DNA of 64,000 bases from the human T2T-CHM13v2.0 reference genome, Homo sapiens. Below the pieces are notes generated by a model that had not been told where the DNA came from, did no database searches, and was given only the letters and a program-made list of their open reading frames with translations. The DNA lies in NCBI RefSeq assembly GCF_009914755.1, contig NC_060942.1; one strand, written 5' to 3'. Positions 1 through 14,450 of the stretch are shown here, piece after piece; the first letter of the stretch is position 1; the number at the start of each line of letters is the position of its first letter. The position numbers were made by a program, and so were the translations under genes.

Positions 1-1370
1 ATAATAAATGAATAAAAACACATAGTTATAAGTATATTCTGCACTCAAAATATTTTACTTTGGGGAGGTAGGCTTAATGTAAAATAGTCTCTACTGACTA
101 CACAAAGATAATGATAAAAACTAAATCAAGTCAAGTATAATTTGGGGTCAGTGGTCCACTGCCAATCAGCCATCTGAAACTCCAAGGGAACCTGATATGA
201 AGTAGAATTAGATTGGCTTAAGCTATATATTTATTTGCTTATTTATTTTGTTCTACTCCAAGGGCTCATACTTTACTCAATCCCTCCAAGGATTAAAGCT
301 AAGGAAATGGGAATGAATGGAAACTGGAGAGATTTAAAAAAAGACCAAATGTATTTTGAAATCTCATTCTAGACAGGAAAGGATACATAGATCTTGCTGA
401 CAGATGATTTTGCCTTTTTTAGTGGCTAATTTAGACTAGCATAAAACTGATTTGAATATTTTCATGTCAGTGAGGCAGAAGGTTGAGGGGAATGCATAAT
501 ACAATTGTGATCACACAGGTTCTGTAGTTGTCCAAGTGGGCTTTCAGGTCTCAAGTGGGGACAGAGTGATTTCACAGTACCTCTTATGCAAATCATGGAT
601 CATTTTAATCTATCATTTAAAAATATATGAAAATTTCTAGGCAAATTTAATATGTTTTACTTTACTATTATCAAATGGAGATATAACTTTCATAGAATTA
701 CATGAGAAATTATTTAACGTGTTCTTTTGCCTGAAAATATTATTATTAAACTACCCAAGAAATAGATGAGGGTACTTGGAAATGGAATGATGAATACTTG
801 TCACAAATGGCTCTGTTCCTAACTACGATGTCCAAGGTGGACACTGCTAATTGAACTCAGAGCACTTCATAGCTCAGCTGAGATGTAGCCTCAGAATATT
901 ACTTAATGCAAGACTCCAGGCAGCTTCTACCAATCCTTTGGAGTTAACAAGAAAGTTTAAACCTATTTGCCACCACTGTTTTAGATGATCAATTATTGAT
1001 TCTATACCACAGAGACCAGAAGGTAAAATAACCAGTGAATCAAAACCTGACTGGGAAAGAATATAAGTTCTATTTTCTGTTTTCACAAACAGCTTTTTAT
1101 TGGCTTCACATAATCCTTGGTATAGGGTCCATTTCGTTGTTTTAACAATTATTCCTGACCCCATGAAAGCTCCTGCAAAGGTCTTTAGGTATCCTAGGAA
1201 ATATGAAATAACAAGAACTCAATGGATGTGAGTGGCTAAATTGGACAACTCCTACTCTGTCAACTCCTATATTTAGATTCTCACAATGGGAGACCACCTC
1301 TTTTAAAGGCACTCAATTTCAAATTTAGCAATTTCCCTCCATATGTGTCTTCCTTTCAAACTGCAGCCGG

Positions 1371-1715
<345 letters not shown>

Positions 1716-2594
1716 CTAAGCCTTCATGATCACTCTGCTGATAAATTCTCTCTTTAGCTCGGTGAATCACTGCACACCAGCTTATTTCCTTCATTGGGAA
1801 AAACAGATACCCATCTTAATTTATTTGGTACTCATATTTGTTTCACTCCTTTTTGATTTTATAGTATAGCAACTGAACTTTTAATAATGCTTCATCCTCA
1901 TTTTTCATGTCCAAACATCAACATTCCTATATATTACACATGATTATGAGCTCTTTCACTTGTGATAACTTTTTTTTTTTAACATTCCCCAACAACTCCA
2001 TGTAGGTATCAACCTTTGGATCAGTCATAACAAGAGGCTAGAGATCCAGGTATCTTTCAAGATAGATGGCATTAGCGATTTAAAGTATATACTTTGTTGG
2101 GCAATACTCATGTTCCTAGCCTCCTCTCTATAAAATAATTGTGTCATTTGATATTTTCCTAGAGATTTCCTCTCAAATCCCATTGTTACACTAGCAGTCT
2201 TTGGAAACTTAGCATATTCCTTTTTTACTCTGTTTTTCTTCTCTTCATTTCTGCTCCTTCTTCAATCATTTATAAGAATGTGGAATGTGCTAGACACTGC
2301 TATACAAAGGAGATGAAAAAGTACAAACTTCCAGGGCCACTTGTCCAGTGGAGAAAACAGCTATCCACAAAATAATTAAAATCTGAGGCACCATATTAAG
2401 TGTTGTTATAGCAGAACTTTAAAAACGCTTGTGGGGGCCAAGAAAAGAGAGTGCTTAAAACTTCTTGGATATGTCAAGGAAAACCTTGGTGTCTTACTTG
2501 TATTAATAACATCTCTAAAACATCATTAGAGGTTGGAGGGCATTTTGTGTATCTTCCTTCTTAACTTACCTCTAGCTCTCTTTTCCTTCCTCCC

Positions 2595-3531
<937 letters not shown>

Positions 3532-4739
3532 TAAAAAAACTATCTGTTATTTAAAAATTGGTTCTCCCTTCACATAAAAACACATAGTCCTTGTCAACTA
3601 CTTCCCTTATGAGAATACAGGGCATACTCCATTCTTTCTACTACTTGGTAGAACAACGAAGAAAAAATTATGTCTTTTGCTAAAAACAAGTGAAAAATAA
3701 CTTTATATATAGTGATAGAGTGAATGATTTTTAAACTTACTTTGTTCAATTTTTAAAAAGAAATTCTATTTGATTGAGCATCTCTTGTTTGAAAGCTGAA
3801 AACCATAAATAAATCAAATATCTCAGCTTATGAATAAAAATGAGCCAATACATGAATACATGGACACATACACATTAGAGGTGAGTCACAGGTAGGTATT
3901 TGAATGAGGTAAATATGTTCAACCCCTTTAAATTAAGCAGATATAAAGATAAACTTCTGCCTTCCTCACTGTAAAATTCTTTGTTTGGAGAATCACTATT
4001 ACAGAAAGAAAAGATTGAGAACATTTATTTAGCTTCCATTCTAGGACATTAGCTACACAGATCAAGTGTTTTATGCACAGATAGTTGTAAATTGAAATGA
4101 AAAACAAAGCCAAAGGACTAAAACAACAGGCAGGAAAAGAGTCTGCCTACTGAATTATACACAAGGATCCCCTCCAGATGTCCCAGGCTGCTGGTATTAA
4201 AAAATAAATACAGCCTAGCAAATGTGGAAAGAACCTATTAAGTTAAAAGAGTGTCTCACTACCCATCAGTATCAAAAGTTCAAGAGCCCTCAGCCTCCTT
4301 TAACAGTTCCTTAAAAAGAGCAATGATGCTGGAAAGCTTGATTCTGGCACAGGATTCCATGGAGGTTCAGAAGCAACCAAGGCAGAAATGCCCTCCAGGT
4401 GCCAAAACTCATTAAGATGTCTTATATTCATGTGAAGTCAACAGTGAAGCACCATTCTTCTCATGTGAATTGAAAAGAATGTGAATCACCAACCATCACT
4501 AAAATAAAAGAAGCCAGAAATCAGTTATCATGACCCAACGCCATTTACAACCTGAAAAACACACCTAACCAGGTCTCATCCTGCAAAGCACATTAGGCAA
4601 AAGGAATTCATGATTGTCAAGTGTCGGTTCCCTACTTCATCACCAGTCAAGTTGAGCCCTAGCCTAGACCTACAACTACAAACTAGTTTGATGACATTCA
4701 GCCGCTCAAAAAAACATCATGGAAAAGAAGAAAGAGGGT

Positions 4740-4900
4740 GAACTTGTAGGCCATTTAGCCTTCCTCTTTACTAGCGAGGAGATTTGGACAAATCACTTCA
4801 TCTCTGTGCCTCAGTTATTCACATGCAACATAGAAATAAAAATTATTTCACTGCCTTCTACTCTGTATATTAAAGAATATTGTAAACTGGTAAGTCTATA
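4740..4900 (+). mobile_element. MIR fragment
   Basis: ttggacaaatcacttcatctctgtgcctcagttattcacatgcaacatagaaataa resembles the MIR core. Confidence 0.6.
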
Positions 4901-5063
4901 CGATTTACAACTTTCTCCTTAGTATTTAAAATTTCTGAAAATTAAGTCAGATTATTTGGACTTGGAGGAGGTGTACATTATACCAAATAACTTTCAATAT
5001 CGTTCATAAAACAATGCCTGATTTTTTACCACCCTGTACCATCTCTCAAAGAGTATTTCTCTC

Positions 5064-5237
5064 TTTTTTATTTTCTTTAAGAGATAGGACCTTGCTATAT
5101 TACTCAGGCTGAAATGCAGTGGCTACTCACAGGAGCAATCATAGTGCACTGCAGCCTTGAACTCCTGGCCTCAAGTGGTCTTGCCTCAGACTCCCAAAAG
5201 GATGAGACTACAGGCATACACTGCCACTGTGCCTGGA
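5064..5237 (-). mobile_element. FAM (fossil Alu monomer)
   Basis: Single monomer retaining 7SL-like gcagtggctactcacaggagcaatcatagtgcactgcagcc; flanks tcaaagagtatttct / tcaacaagtatttct. Confidence 0.8.
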
Positions 5238-6437
5238 TTCAACAAGTATTTCTTATCTACTGTGGATTTAAAAATAAATAAAATCTTTATAAAATTTTAT
5301 TAAACTTCAAAGCTAATGATAGCGATGAAAATAATATGGAAATAGTGCAATAAGGTTGATTTTAGTATCATGAAAACAGGAGGAAAAAAGACAATGCAAG
5401 ATAGCATCCATTTTATAGCATCCACTTATTCTCTATAACACATGCATATAATACATGTGATTTTATATTTTTTCAAGTGCTTTGTGCATATTAACCTTTG
5501 TTCCCCAATTAATATTAGCTCCTTAGTAAATGAGAATGGACTTCACCCCATACTAGATAAATATTTCCTGAAATATCCACTGATGATCTGGTTCTCATCC
5601 TAGGGTATCACAGAAGTGCACACTCACCTACTATAGCCCCTTTACTAATACCTAGGAGATTTTTTTCCTTACTATTCTCTTTCAGTGCTCACAGGATGTC
5701 CATATCTGACATCCTTCAGCCAGCCACCTTGGATGAAACACCACAGCTAAGACTGATTAAAGTCAGACACCTGATGTGAAGAGACTACTATGGACATGTT
5801 CTCTTTAACCAGGTCTCACATCAGGATGGCTAAAACTAACTCTACCAAACTGTAGGTCTTGAATTATTGTGATCCTCTGGGACTACAAGAGAGCATAAAC
5901 TTTATTCTTAATAAAGTAAAATTTTAAACTGACTTTTCTCATTTCTCAAGTGTCCCCATTTGACAAATGAATAGGCAAATGTTTTATCCAATATACATTT
6001 TACTACCACATATCTCAACTGGTCGTTAGGTCCCTTAAGTCATTCTCTCTAACTTTTCATTGTGAAGCTCAGACATTTGGAAAAGTTAAAAGAAAAGTAC
6101 AGTGATCACCAGTGTACCTATCACTTAGACTCAACTTTTGTTTATATTTTGCCATGTTATCATGTATATATCATATATCACGTATTTTTAAATGAATCAT
6201 TTGAACGTAAATTTTAAATATTGTGATAATTTATTCTTAAGTATGTGAGCATGCGTCTCCTTAAAAAAATTTTTTTAACCTGTAATTTCATTATCATCTA
6301 AGAAAACTAGTATTTTTTTCTAATTTCATTTAATATCCATTCTACATAAAAATTTCCTCAATTAAACCTCATGTTTCTTTTACATTTTCAAATGTTTCCT
6401 GGAATTAGATATGCTAGGCTTACCTGCTCCTTACTGA

Positions 6438-6804
<367 letters not shown>

Positions 6805-7684
6805 GGAGAATCAGATTTCTTGGTGGGGACACTAGGTATGGTCGTTGCTGCTGGGGAGTCATTACATCTTGGGCCATTCCAATGTGCACAAATTCATTTG
6901 GAAATTTTGAATCTCTTTTCTTCCAAACATTTTGTTCCCAAAATTTTGTTTTCTAATAACGTTATCATGTTTAGTTTTCTATCCTATAATATTCAAAAAA
7001 CAGTTTTAAAACCACTAAACTAATATAATAACAATGAAATTACTGGCTGTTTAAGATTTCTTTGTAGCTCTTTTTTTTCCCCCTTAGAATATATCCCACT
7101 AAGAAAGTGCAATCAGAGCTGAAGGTAACTTGAATTTTTTTTTTCTCTGTCTGATTGTTATAAAATTTACATACAGTTTTGTTGCTTTAGTTTATTTTCA
7201 TTTATCTGGTTTGTTTCCTTCTTTCTCAGTCCATTTAACTTTCGAATATATAAACCATTCCTTGTTTTTCTTCTCCCTATTTATCTATTTGCATTGTACT
7301 GAAAGTGGCTTTTTGTTCCTTAAAAATATATTCTAGAGATAATTCAAAAATAGTTCATAGGACTCATTATTTTTTATGACTTTAAGAACCTTGCTTTGTG
7401 AATAATTCATAATTTATTCAACCCATCTCCTACTGATTAACATTGGATTTGTTTCCAGTCTGTTGCTATAAAGAATGCATGTGATATATGTTAATGCACA
7501 TTTGTGGTGGTGTATCTTCAAGCCTCCAGACTTTAAGCAAAATGAAAAGACAAATGAAAAACCCGGGGATAATAATTGCAGCATAAAATTATAGTTATAG
7601 TGCTGGCCTCTAATATATAAAGTGGGGTTCTTAAAAGTTGAAAAACAAAAGCACCTGCCTCCAAAAGAGAACTAATAGAATGTG

Positions 7685-7688
<4 letters not shown>

Positions 7689-7729
<41 letters not shown>
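7689..7729 (+). repeat. Poly(A)41 tract
   Basis: 41 consecutive A. Confidence 0.97.
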
Positions 7730-7732
<3 letters not shown>

Positions 7733-8314
7733 TAAGTATATTTCATGGGGGGGAAAAAGACAAAAGCCCTTAAACATACTAAAAGATCTTTAGCCTCACA
7801 ATTTAAATAAACTGCAGATTTCAAAACACACCTTTGACAATATAGGAAAACTGTGCAAAAAGACTCCTATGCATTGGTAGTAAGAGTGCAAAAGTATACA
7901 ACTCCTGGACAGGGAAATTTCGGAAATGACTAACAAAATTGTATTGGCATTTAACTTTGGCCCAGTAATTATACTAATAAATATTTTTATATTAACTATA
8001 TTAAATGTTATAATATTTAAACTCCTTTTCATGTCTGAAATGAACCCAATTTAGTCAATATTTTTAATATACTATTGTAGCCTATTTGCTAATATTTTCT
8101 TTAGAATTTTGCATAGATAATCTTAATTCTGTTATTTCTTTTTTTCATGCAACTTATATCTGGCCATGGTAGTGATGTTATGTTTGTTTCATTAAAAACT
8201 GAGTTTTTCTTCTTTTATGTGCTACGGAATAGCATCAGAGGCATTGGGGTTACTTGTTATTTGAAAGTTTGGAAAAAATTCTGTATTAAATCATCTAGAC
8301 CTGGTCTCTTTCTC

Positions 8315-8762
8315 TTTTTTTTTTTAATTTTTTTTAATTAAAAAAACTTGTGGGTACATAGTGACTATATATGTTTATGGAGTACATGAGATATTTTGAA
8401 ACAGGCATGCAATGTGAAATTGTGTTAAGTGAAATAAATCAGGCTCAGAATGTTCTCACTGATGTGTTGGATCTAAACATCAAAACAATTGAACTTACGG
8501 ACATAGAGAGCAGAAGAATGGTTACCACAGGCTGGGAAGGTTTATGTGGGGATGGGGTAGGTGAGGATGGTTAATGGGTACGAAAAAATAGTTAAAAAGA
8601 ATGAATAAGACCTACTATTTGATAGCACAATAGGGTAACTATAGTCAATAATAACTTAATTGTACATTTTAAAATAACTTAAGAGTGTAATTGGATTGCT
8701 TGTAACTCAGAGGATAAATGCTTGGGGGAATGGATACCCCATTCCCAATAATGTGCTTATTT
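8315..8762 (-). mobile_element. L1MA 3' fragment with 5' inversion
   Basis: 8315-8420 is the antisense extreme 3' end with its T tail; 8421-8762 is the immediately upstream L1MA 3'UTR in the opposite orientation. Confidence 0.8.
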
Positions 8763-9027
8763 TTCTTTACCTTTGAATAGTTTGGTAGAGGTAACTTTCT
8801 CCATTTGTTCTTTGAAATCTTGTATGTTAAACTCTACTGGAGTCAGTTTTGATAAATTGCCTGGAAATGTATCTATCTCATCCATATTTTCTAATTTATT
8901 TGCTATACAAATTTGAGGTTTTCTCTACTTGTAATTTAAATACAAAGTAGTCTCATTATTTACTTATATTTTGGGCATTTAACATTCTCCCTTTTCTCTT
9001 GGTTATATAAACTAATAGGTTTGTCCA

Positions 9028-9375
9028 TGATATGGTTTGGCTGTGTCCTCACCCAAATCTCATCTTGAATTATACTCCCATAATCCCCACATGTTTTGGT
9101 AGGGACCTGGTGGGAGATAATTTGAATCATGAGGGAGGTTCCCATTCTATTCTCATGATAGTGAATAAGTCTCATGAGATCTTATGGGTTTATCCGGGGT
9201 TTCTGCTTTTGCTTCTTTCTCATTTTCTCTTGACACAGCCATATAAGAAGTGTCTTTCGCCTCCCACCATGATTCTGAGGCCTCTCCAGCCTTGTGGAAC
9301 TATAAGTCCAATTAAACTTTTTTCTTCCCAGCCTCTGGTATGTCTTTATCAGCAGCATGAAAATGGACTAATACA
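9028..9375 (+). mobile_element. THE1 (MaLR) solo LTR
   Basis: tgatatggtttggctgtgtcc ... ggactaataca; TSD gtcca/gtcta. Confidence 0.93.
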
Positions 9376-11617
9376 GTCTATTTTCTTCAAAGAACCAAAT
9401 TTTTGATTTATTAAATATTGTTACTATTTCCTAACTCAATATGTTTTTATCCTGATTTTTTTATTTTCTTAATCTTCCTTTACATTCACCTTGTTTCTAG
9501 ATTATTTTTGAGCTGTATATTCTTTTATTCTAATATTTCATTTATTTCTAAGTTCATAATTTCATAAACCTGCTAGTGATTGCTTATAATTACATACCAC
9601 ATATTCTCACGTATACATATTTATTTCATTGTATCATATAATGTTATTATTTCTAGTTTTGTGGAGGTTATGGAAGTTGCCAAATTTTATGAATTTCTAT
9701 GTGCACTCAGATGGAACTATTAATGTACTGAGATTTGATACTCTCCTACAGCTACAAGATCTAACTTATTGATTACAGTTTTTTGGTTTTCTGATGGGAG
9801 AGTCATTTAATCTGTCTTGAACTATAATTTATGTATTAAAATCTTTCATTAATTATGTGTTTTACTTTGAAAATCCATTACTAAGATTGTAGCTGTGGTA
9901 TTCGGTGCATAAATATTTATAGCTGTTAAGTCTTCACTTTAAGTTATGGGCCTTATAATATTTACTATTACATTTAATGCTATCTTCCCTAACCGAATTC
10001 TGTTTGTCCTTTATCAAGATCCAAACCTCTGTCTTATTTTTGTCTATAATTGCTTAGTATACCTCTTCCTGGTCCTTATTTTTAATCATTCTCAGTCAAT
10101 GTATTTAAAGTGTGCCTCACATAAAGGGCATAGAATTAAGTGTTGATTGATGAGTCATCTAAAAACCTTAGTATTTAATTGAGCTAAGCCTATTTGCATT
10201 TATTGATAGAATTCATATATTTGGCTTCAACTCTATTATATTACTTTGAGTATTTTAATGTAGTATGTTATATTTGCCATGTCTTTCATTACTCAGTTCT
10301 TTGGTTTTTAAAAGTTGTTTTGATATACTAAAAATGTTTACATTTTTGTTTAAATAACTTTTGCCAATCAGTTTATATAACGTCCCTACTTTTTTAAAAA
10401 AACCACCAAGTCTTATTCCATTTGTTAGCATTAAATAGTATCCATGAATTCTCCTGTACTACCTATGCAGCAATCAACTAGTTTCTTATACTTTTCCCTT
10501 TCTCCCTCCTTCCTTCTCTCACTTTTCAGTTGCATTATTTACTTTCTGGAAGAGTATATAACATTTCCTTTAGCCTTTGAACAACTTTTGTTTCAGGATT
10601 AGAATTACAGTACAACATACTCAACACCTCACATTTGTCAATTTCCCCAATATTTATTTGGTTGAATCAGCCTTATTCTGCCATTGACTTTTTGGAAAGG
10701 GTTTGTGATTATAATATTCTTGACAATTTTAAATTTATTTTTCTATAGCCTTGATGCTATAAGATTTGTTTGCCTAGATATAGAATTCTTGGCTTGTGTT
10801 TTCTTTCCTGGATTTAAAATATTAAGATATTTACTTTGTTTCTCTTGAGAAGTCATATGCCAAATTGGTTATTACCTGTTTTTAGTTTTTATTTGTTTTT
10901 CACTTAGATGTCCAGAAAAAAAGTTTTTTCACTTTATTTTTAAAGTTTTCTTAAATTTACTTTATTTAGTTTTTACTTTTGATTTTACTAGAATATATTT
11001 CAGAGCTGACCAGCAACTTCTACTTATATGTATATTCAGTCATATTTCTTTTAATTGTATTAAGAAACTCTCTCAATATACTTTTAAACTTTAGTTCCAT
11101 GTCATTGCTCTGTTTCACTTCTCAATAACTCCAATAATACATATATTGAAACTTCTTTGCCTGTGTTCTAGATTGATCACTTTAAATTTAATCCCTATTA
11201 TAATTTGTTATTTTTAGATTCTTGTCATTGGTATTTTATGTACCCCTTACTTCATTACTATTTTCCATGCTACTTATTGTAATAATTTGATTATAGCTAT
11301 TCTAACCCTGATCATTCAATTAATAAATAATGTAATGTATTCTTTCTATTATAATCTTTTTCTTCATTTTTTCTTGAGTTTTGTCATCTCCCTGTTTACA
11401 TCTTCCTGGCTTTTTTTTTTTTTCATTTCCATTATGATTTGTCTAACTATATTTAATTTATATTGTTGAGTGTAGCTTTTTTCCTTTTTCACAATTTTTT
11501 TTGGTTGTGGTTGTTACTAGCATTTATGCCTGCTGAAAATTTTGAGTTTCACCTTGTTTTCTTCTTATATAAATTCCATACAGATATTGAATTCTCTTTA
11601 TTTAAATTCATAGTTAG

Positions 11618-11937
<320 letters not shown>

Positions 11938-12812
11938 GTTTTTATTGGAATTGTAGCCATTCTAAACGGAGAGGTCAGAGTGCCTTATTTAGTTTCTCAG
12001 TTTAATAGCACCCTCTTTTGTTGTTGTGCTAAGGCACAATTTCTTTAACAAATGGCATCTCTTTCATTAATTTATTTCCATCTGCCTTCTTCTGATTCTT
12101 ACTCTCTTATTTTATTGCGGATTCTACCTTCCATTTCTTCTTTTCCATTACCACCACCTTTATTCAAGAGGTACCTCCTTTTTCCAAGATGCCTCCATTT
12201 TCCCCATAAGTATTGTTCTTAAGAAATGTTCAGTCTGTTCAACGATTTGAGCCCCTTTCTATTGACTCTCCAGGAGTCAGTACACTGTCTGACAGGTCTC
12301 AGAATTTTTCTGAACATTTTCTGACTCAGGGGAGGGCGCTTTCCTCCTGTGAGTAAACTCTGATTGATGTTATCTGTGTTCTTTTACCAGTAGAACCTCA
12401 CAGCACTCTCTTCAATGCTTTTTGTTTGTTTGTTTGTTTGTTGTTTTTTTTTTACTATATGGGCTGTAGAGATGACTTTGCTGATTTAGGACATTTATTT
12501 CCCTTCTTAAGCCTGAATTTTTCAGTGTTCTCTGTCTACTAGCTACCTTGTAGTCGTAGCTACGGTTTAATTAAAATTTTGTGGAGAGACTATTATTCAG
12601 TCTTTTGTTATTATACTACTGGTTCTATTACTCTCAAATCTCTTTTAATCTAGCTCAGACAACCTTGTCCTTTAAAAAATCGCCATTAATGTGTTGAAGA
12701 AATCAGAGAAGCTGTCCTGAAGATGCAAATAATACTTAGGATTGGTCTGATCATCTGTATTGTTTTGTTTGGCTTCTTCTTGAATCATAGCAGGAAATTT
12801 CTTAGAATGCTT

Positions 12813-13776
12813 TGATAGCGGTGGGAGGCAGACAAAAGCGTAGGCTGATAGGGGCAGGTTCCTGGTGAAACCCCAACTTCAAGTCAAAGTGAGCCTGTAC
12901 TGCTGGTTCTGGATGACACCTGCCACCCACAGTGAAAAGTACTGTTCCTCTTTGCCCACCCTGTTTTGATTGGTTCTTTCTGAATAATCTTTTTAACCAA
13001 TCGAATGTTACCTTTTCCAATACTACTTACAGCCTGTCCTTCCCCCATCCGGTGCCTATAAAAAAAAATACCCCAGACTCAGCCACACTGAGAGTGACGA
13101 CCCGACCCGACCTTCACCTCCCTTCTCTGCTGAGAGCTGTTTCAACGTTCAGTAAAACTCTCTATTCTCATCACCCTTCAATTTGTCAGCGTGACCTCAT
13201 TCTTTTTGGATGCAGGACAAAAGCTTGGGACCCACCAACTGCGGTACCCAGAAAGGCTGTAACATTGGCCCTCTGCCTTTGATCATGGAGGGCAGCCGCC
13301 TCACACAAGGGAAACAGCGGCAGGGCCCAGCCAGTCCCAGAGCCACAGCCAGAGTGGGGCAAGGGGCTGACTAAGCTGTCGTCAACACGCCACTGTCCGT
13401 GGGGCTGGGGGGACTAAAAGAGCTAATTAGCACACTCTAAAACCCTCTATGGGGCTTTGGGGTCACGGGCACCCCTGCCTGGGTGCTGCCACGTTCCCCT
13501 CGGGGCAACATGCCTTGTCTGGCCGTAGTCTATGCCCAGAGACTACTCCTGCGTCAGCGCTGGAAGCAGCCAGCCCGACCCCGTGCTTGCTCGCTGGCTC
13601 CCTTGACCCCGTGCTTGCTCGCTGGCTCCCTTGACCCCGTGCTTGCTCGCTGGCTCCCTCCCACCAGGGGCTGAGCCTGCAGTCGCTGAAGCCATGGGCC
13701 AGAGCACAGACCAGCCGCCGCTGGGTAGACGCTCTGCTACAAGCCCAGCAAAGAAGCCTAGAAAAATCCTGCTTCA
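12813..13776 (+). mobile_element. ERV1 solo LTR (LTR28/LTR27/LTR1 group)
   Basis: tgatagcggtgggaggcagac ... aaaaatcctgcttca; TATA-like cctataaaaa at ~13056; 4-bp flanks gctt/cctt. Confidence 0.8.
13577..13659 (+). repeat. 28-bp minisatellite, ~3 perfect copies
   Basis: gaccccgtgcttgctcgctggctccctt repeated at 13577, 13605 and 13633 (third copy 27 bp). Confidence 0.97.
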
Positions 13777-13851
13777 CCTTCAACTCACTAAGTCACTAGC
13801 ATCACATATTCTGCCTCCTTCCCTTCTATCAGCACACAACAACGACAAAAC

Positions 13852-14042
13852 TTTTTTTTTTTTTTTTTTTTTTTTTTGAGACGGAGTCTCGCTCTGTTGC
13901 CCAGGCTTGAGTGCAGTGGTGCGATCTCGGCTCACCGCGACTTCCGCCTCCTGGGTTTAAGCAATTCTCCTGCCTCAGTCTCCTGAGTAGCTTGGATTAC
14001 AGGCGCCCGCCTGGCTAATTTTTGTATTTTTAGTAGAGACGG
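13852..14042 (-). mobile_element. 5'-truncated AluS
   Basis: Poly-T, right arm, linker, ends at gtagagacgg; small internal deletion; no clear TSD. Confidence 0.9.
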
Positions 14043-14259
14043 TAAACGTACAGCAGCCTAAACAGTGTTGGGGTTTGGCCCTATACACAGCTAGATTTCA
14101 GGATCTCAACTTTAATATCAAAGGGTTATTTTTTCAGAGGAGTCAATTCTCTTTTAATATAATTTTTGTAACAGCTTCATAATAATTGCTAAAAGTTATT
14201 GTTATATTTTGTTGTTGGTGGTGATATTGATGGTAATTATTACTGACAATTCTATCTAA

Positions 14260-14450
14260 ATGCTTTGCAGATATTACTAACACCCCTATCAGATGGGTTA
14301 TATTACATCGTTTAACAAAACAAACTGAAGTACAGAAAAACTAAGTAATTGCTTCAAGGTTATACAGGTAGTTAAATGGAAAAAACGGGGCAGGATTTAA
14401 TCTTAGGCAGTGTGGTTTCATAGCTCTTTGTATTTTAACCACTGGGCTAT
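14260..14450 (-). mobile_element. MIR
   Basis: aaactgaagtacagaaaaactaagtaattgcttcaaggttatacagg ... ttaaccact. Confidence 0.7.

Noticed and set aside
874-1164. 96-aa minus-strand ORF in unique sequence
   Set aside because: No recognisable domain, and this length is expected by chance; only the nearby splice and polyA motifs are kept, as a speculative finding.
13577-13659. CRISPR-like 28-bp repeats
   Set aside because: Head-to-tail with no spacers, in primate DNA; it is a minisatellite.
13449-13879. ORFs with repeated TPCLLAGSL / DPVLARWL peptides
   Set aside because: Translation artefact of the 28-bp tandem repeat in an LTR.
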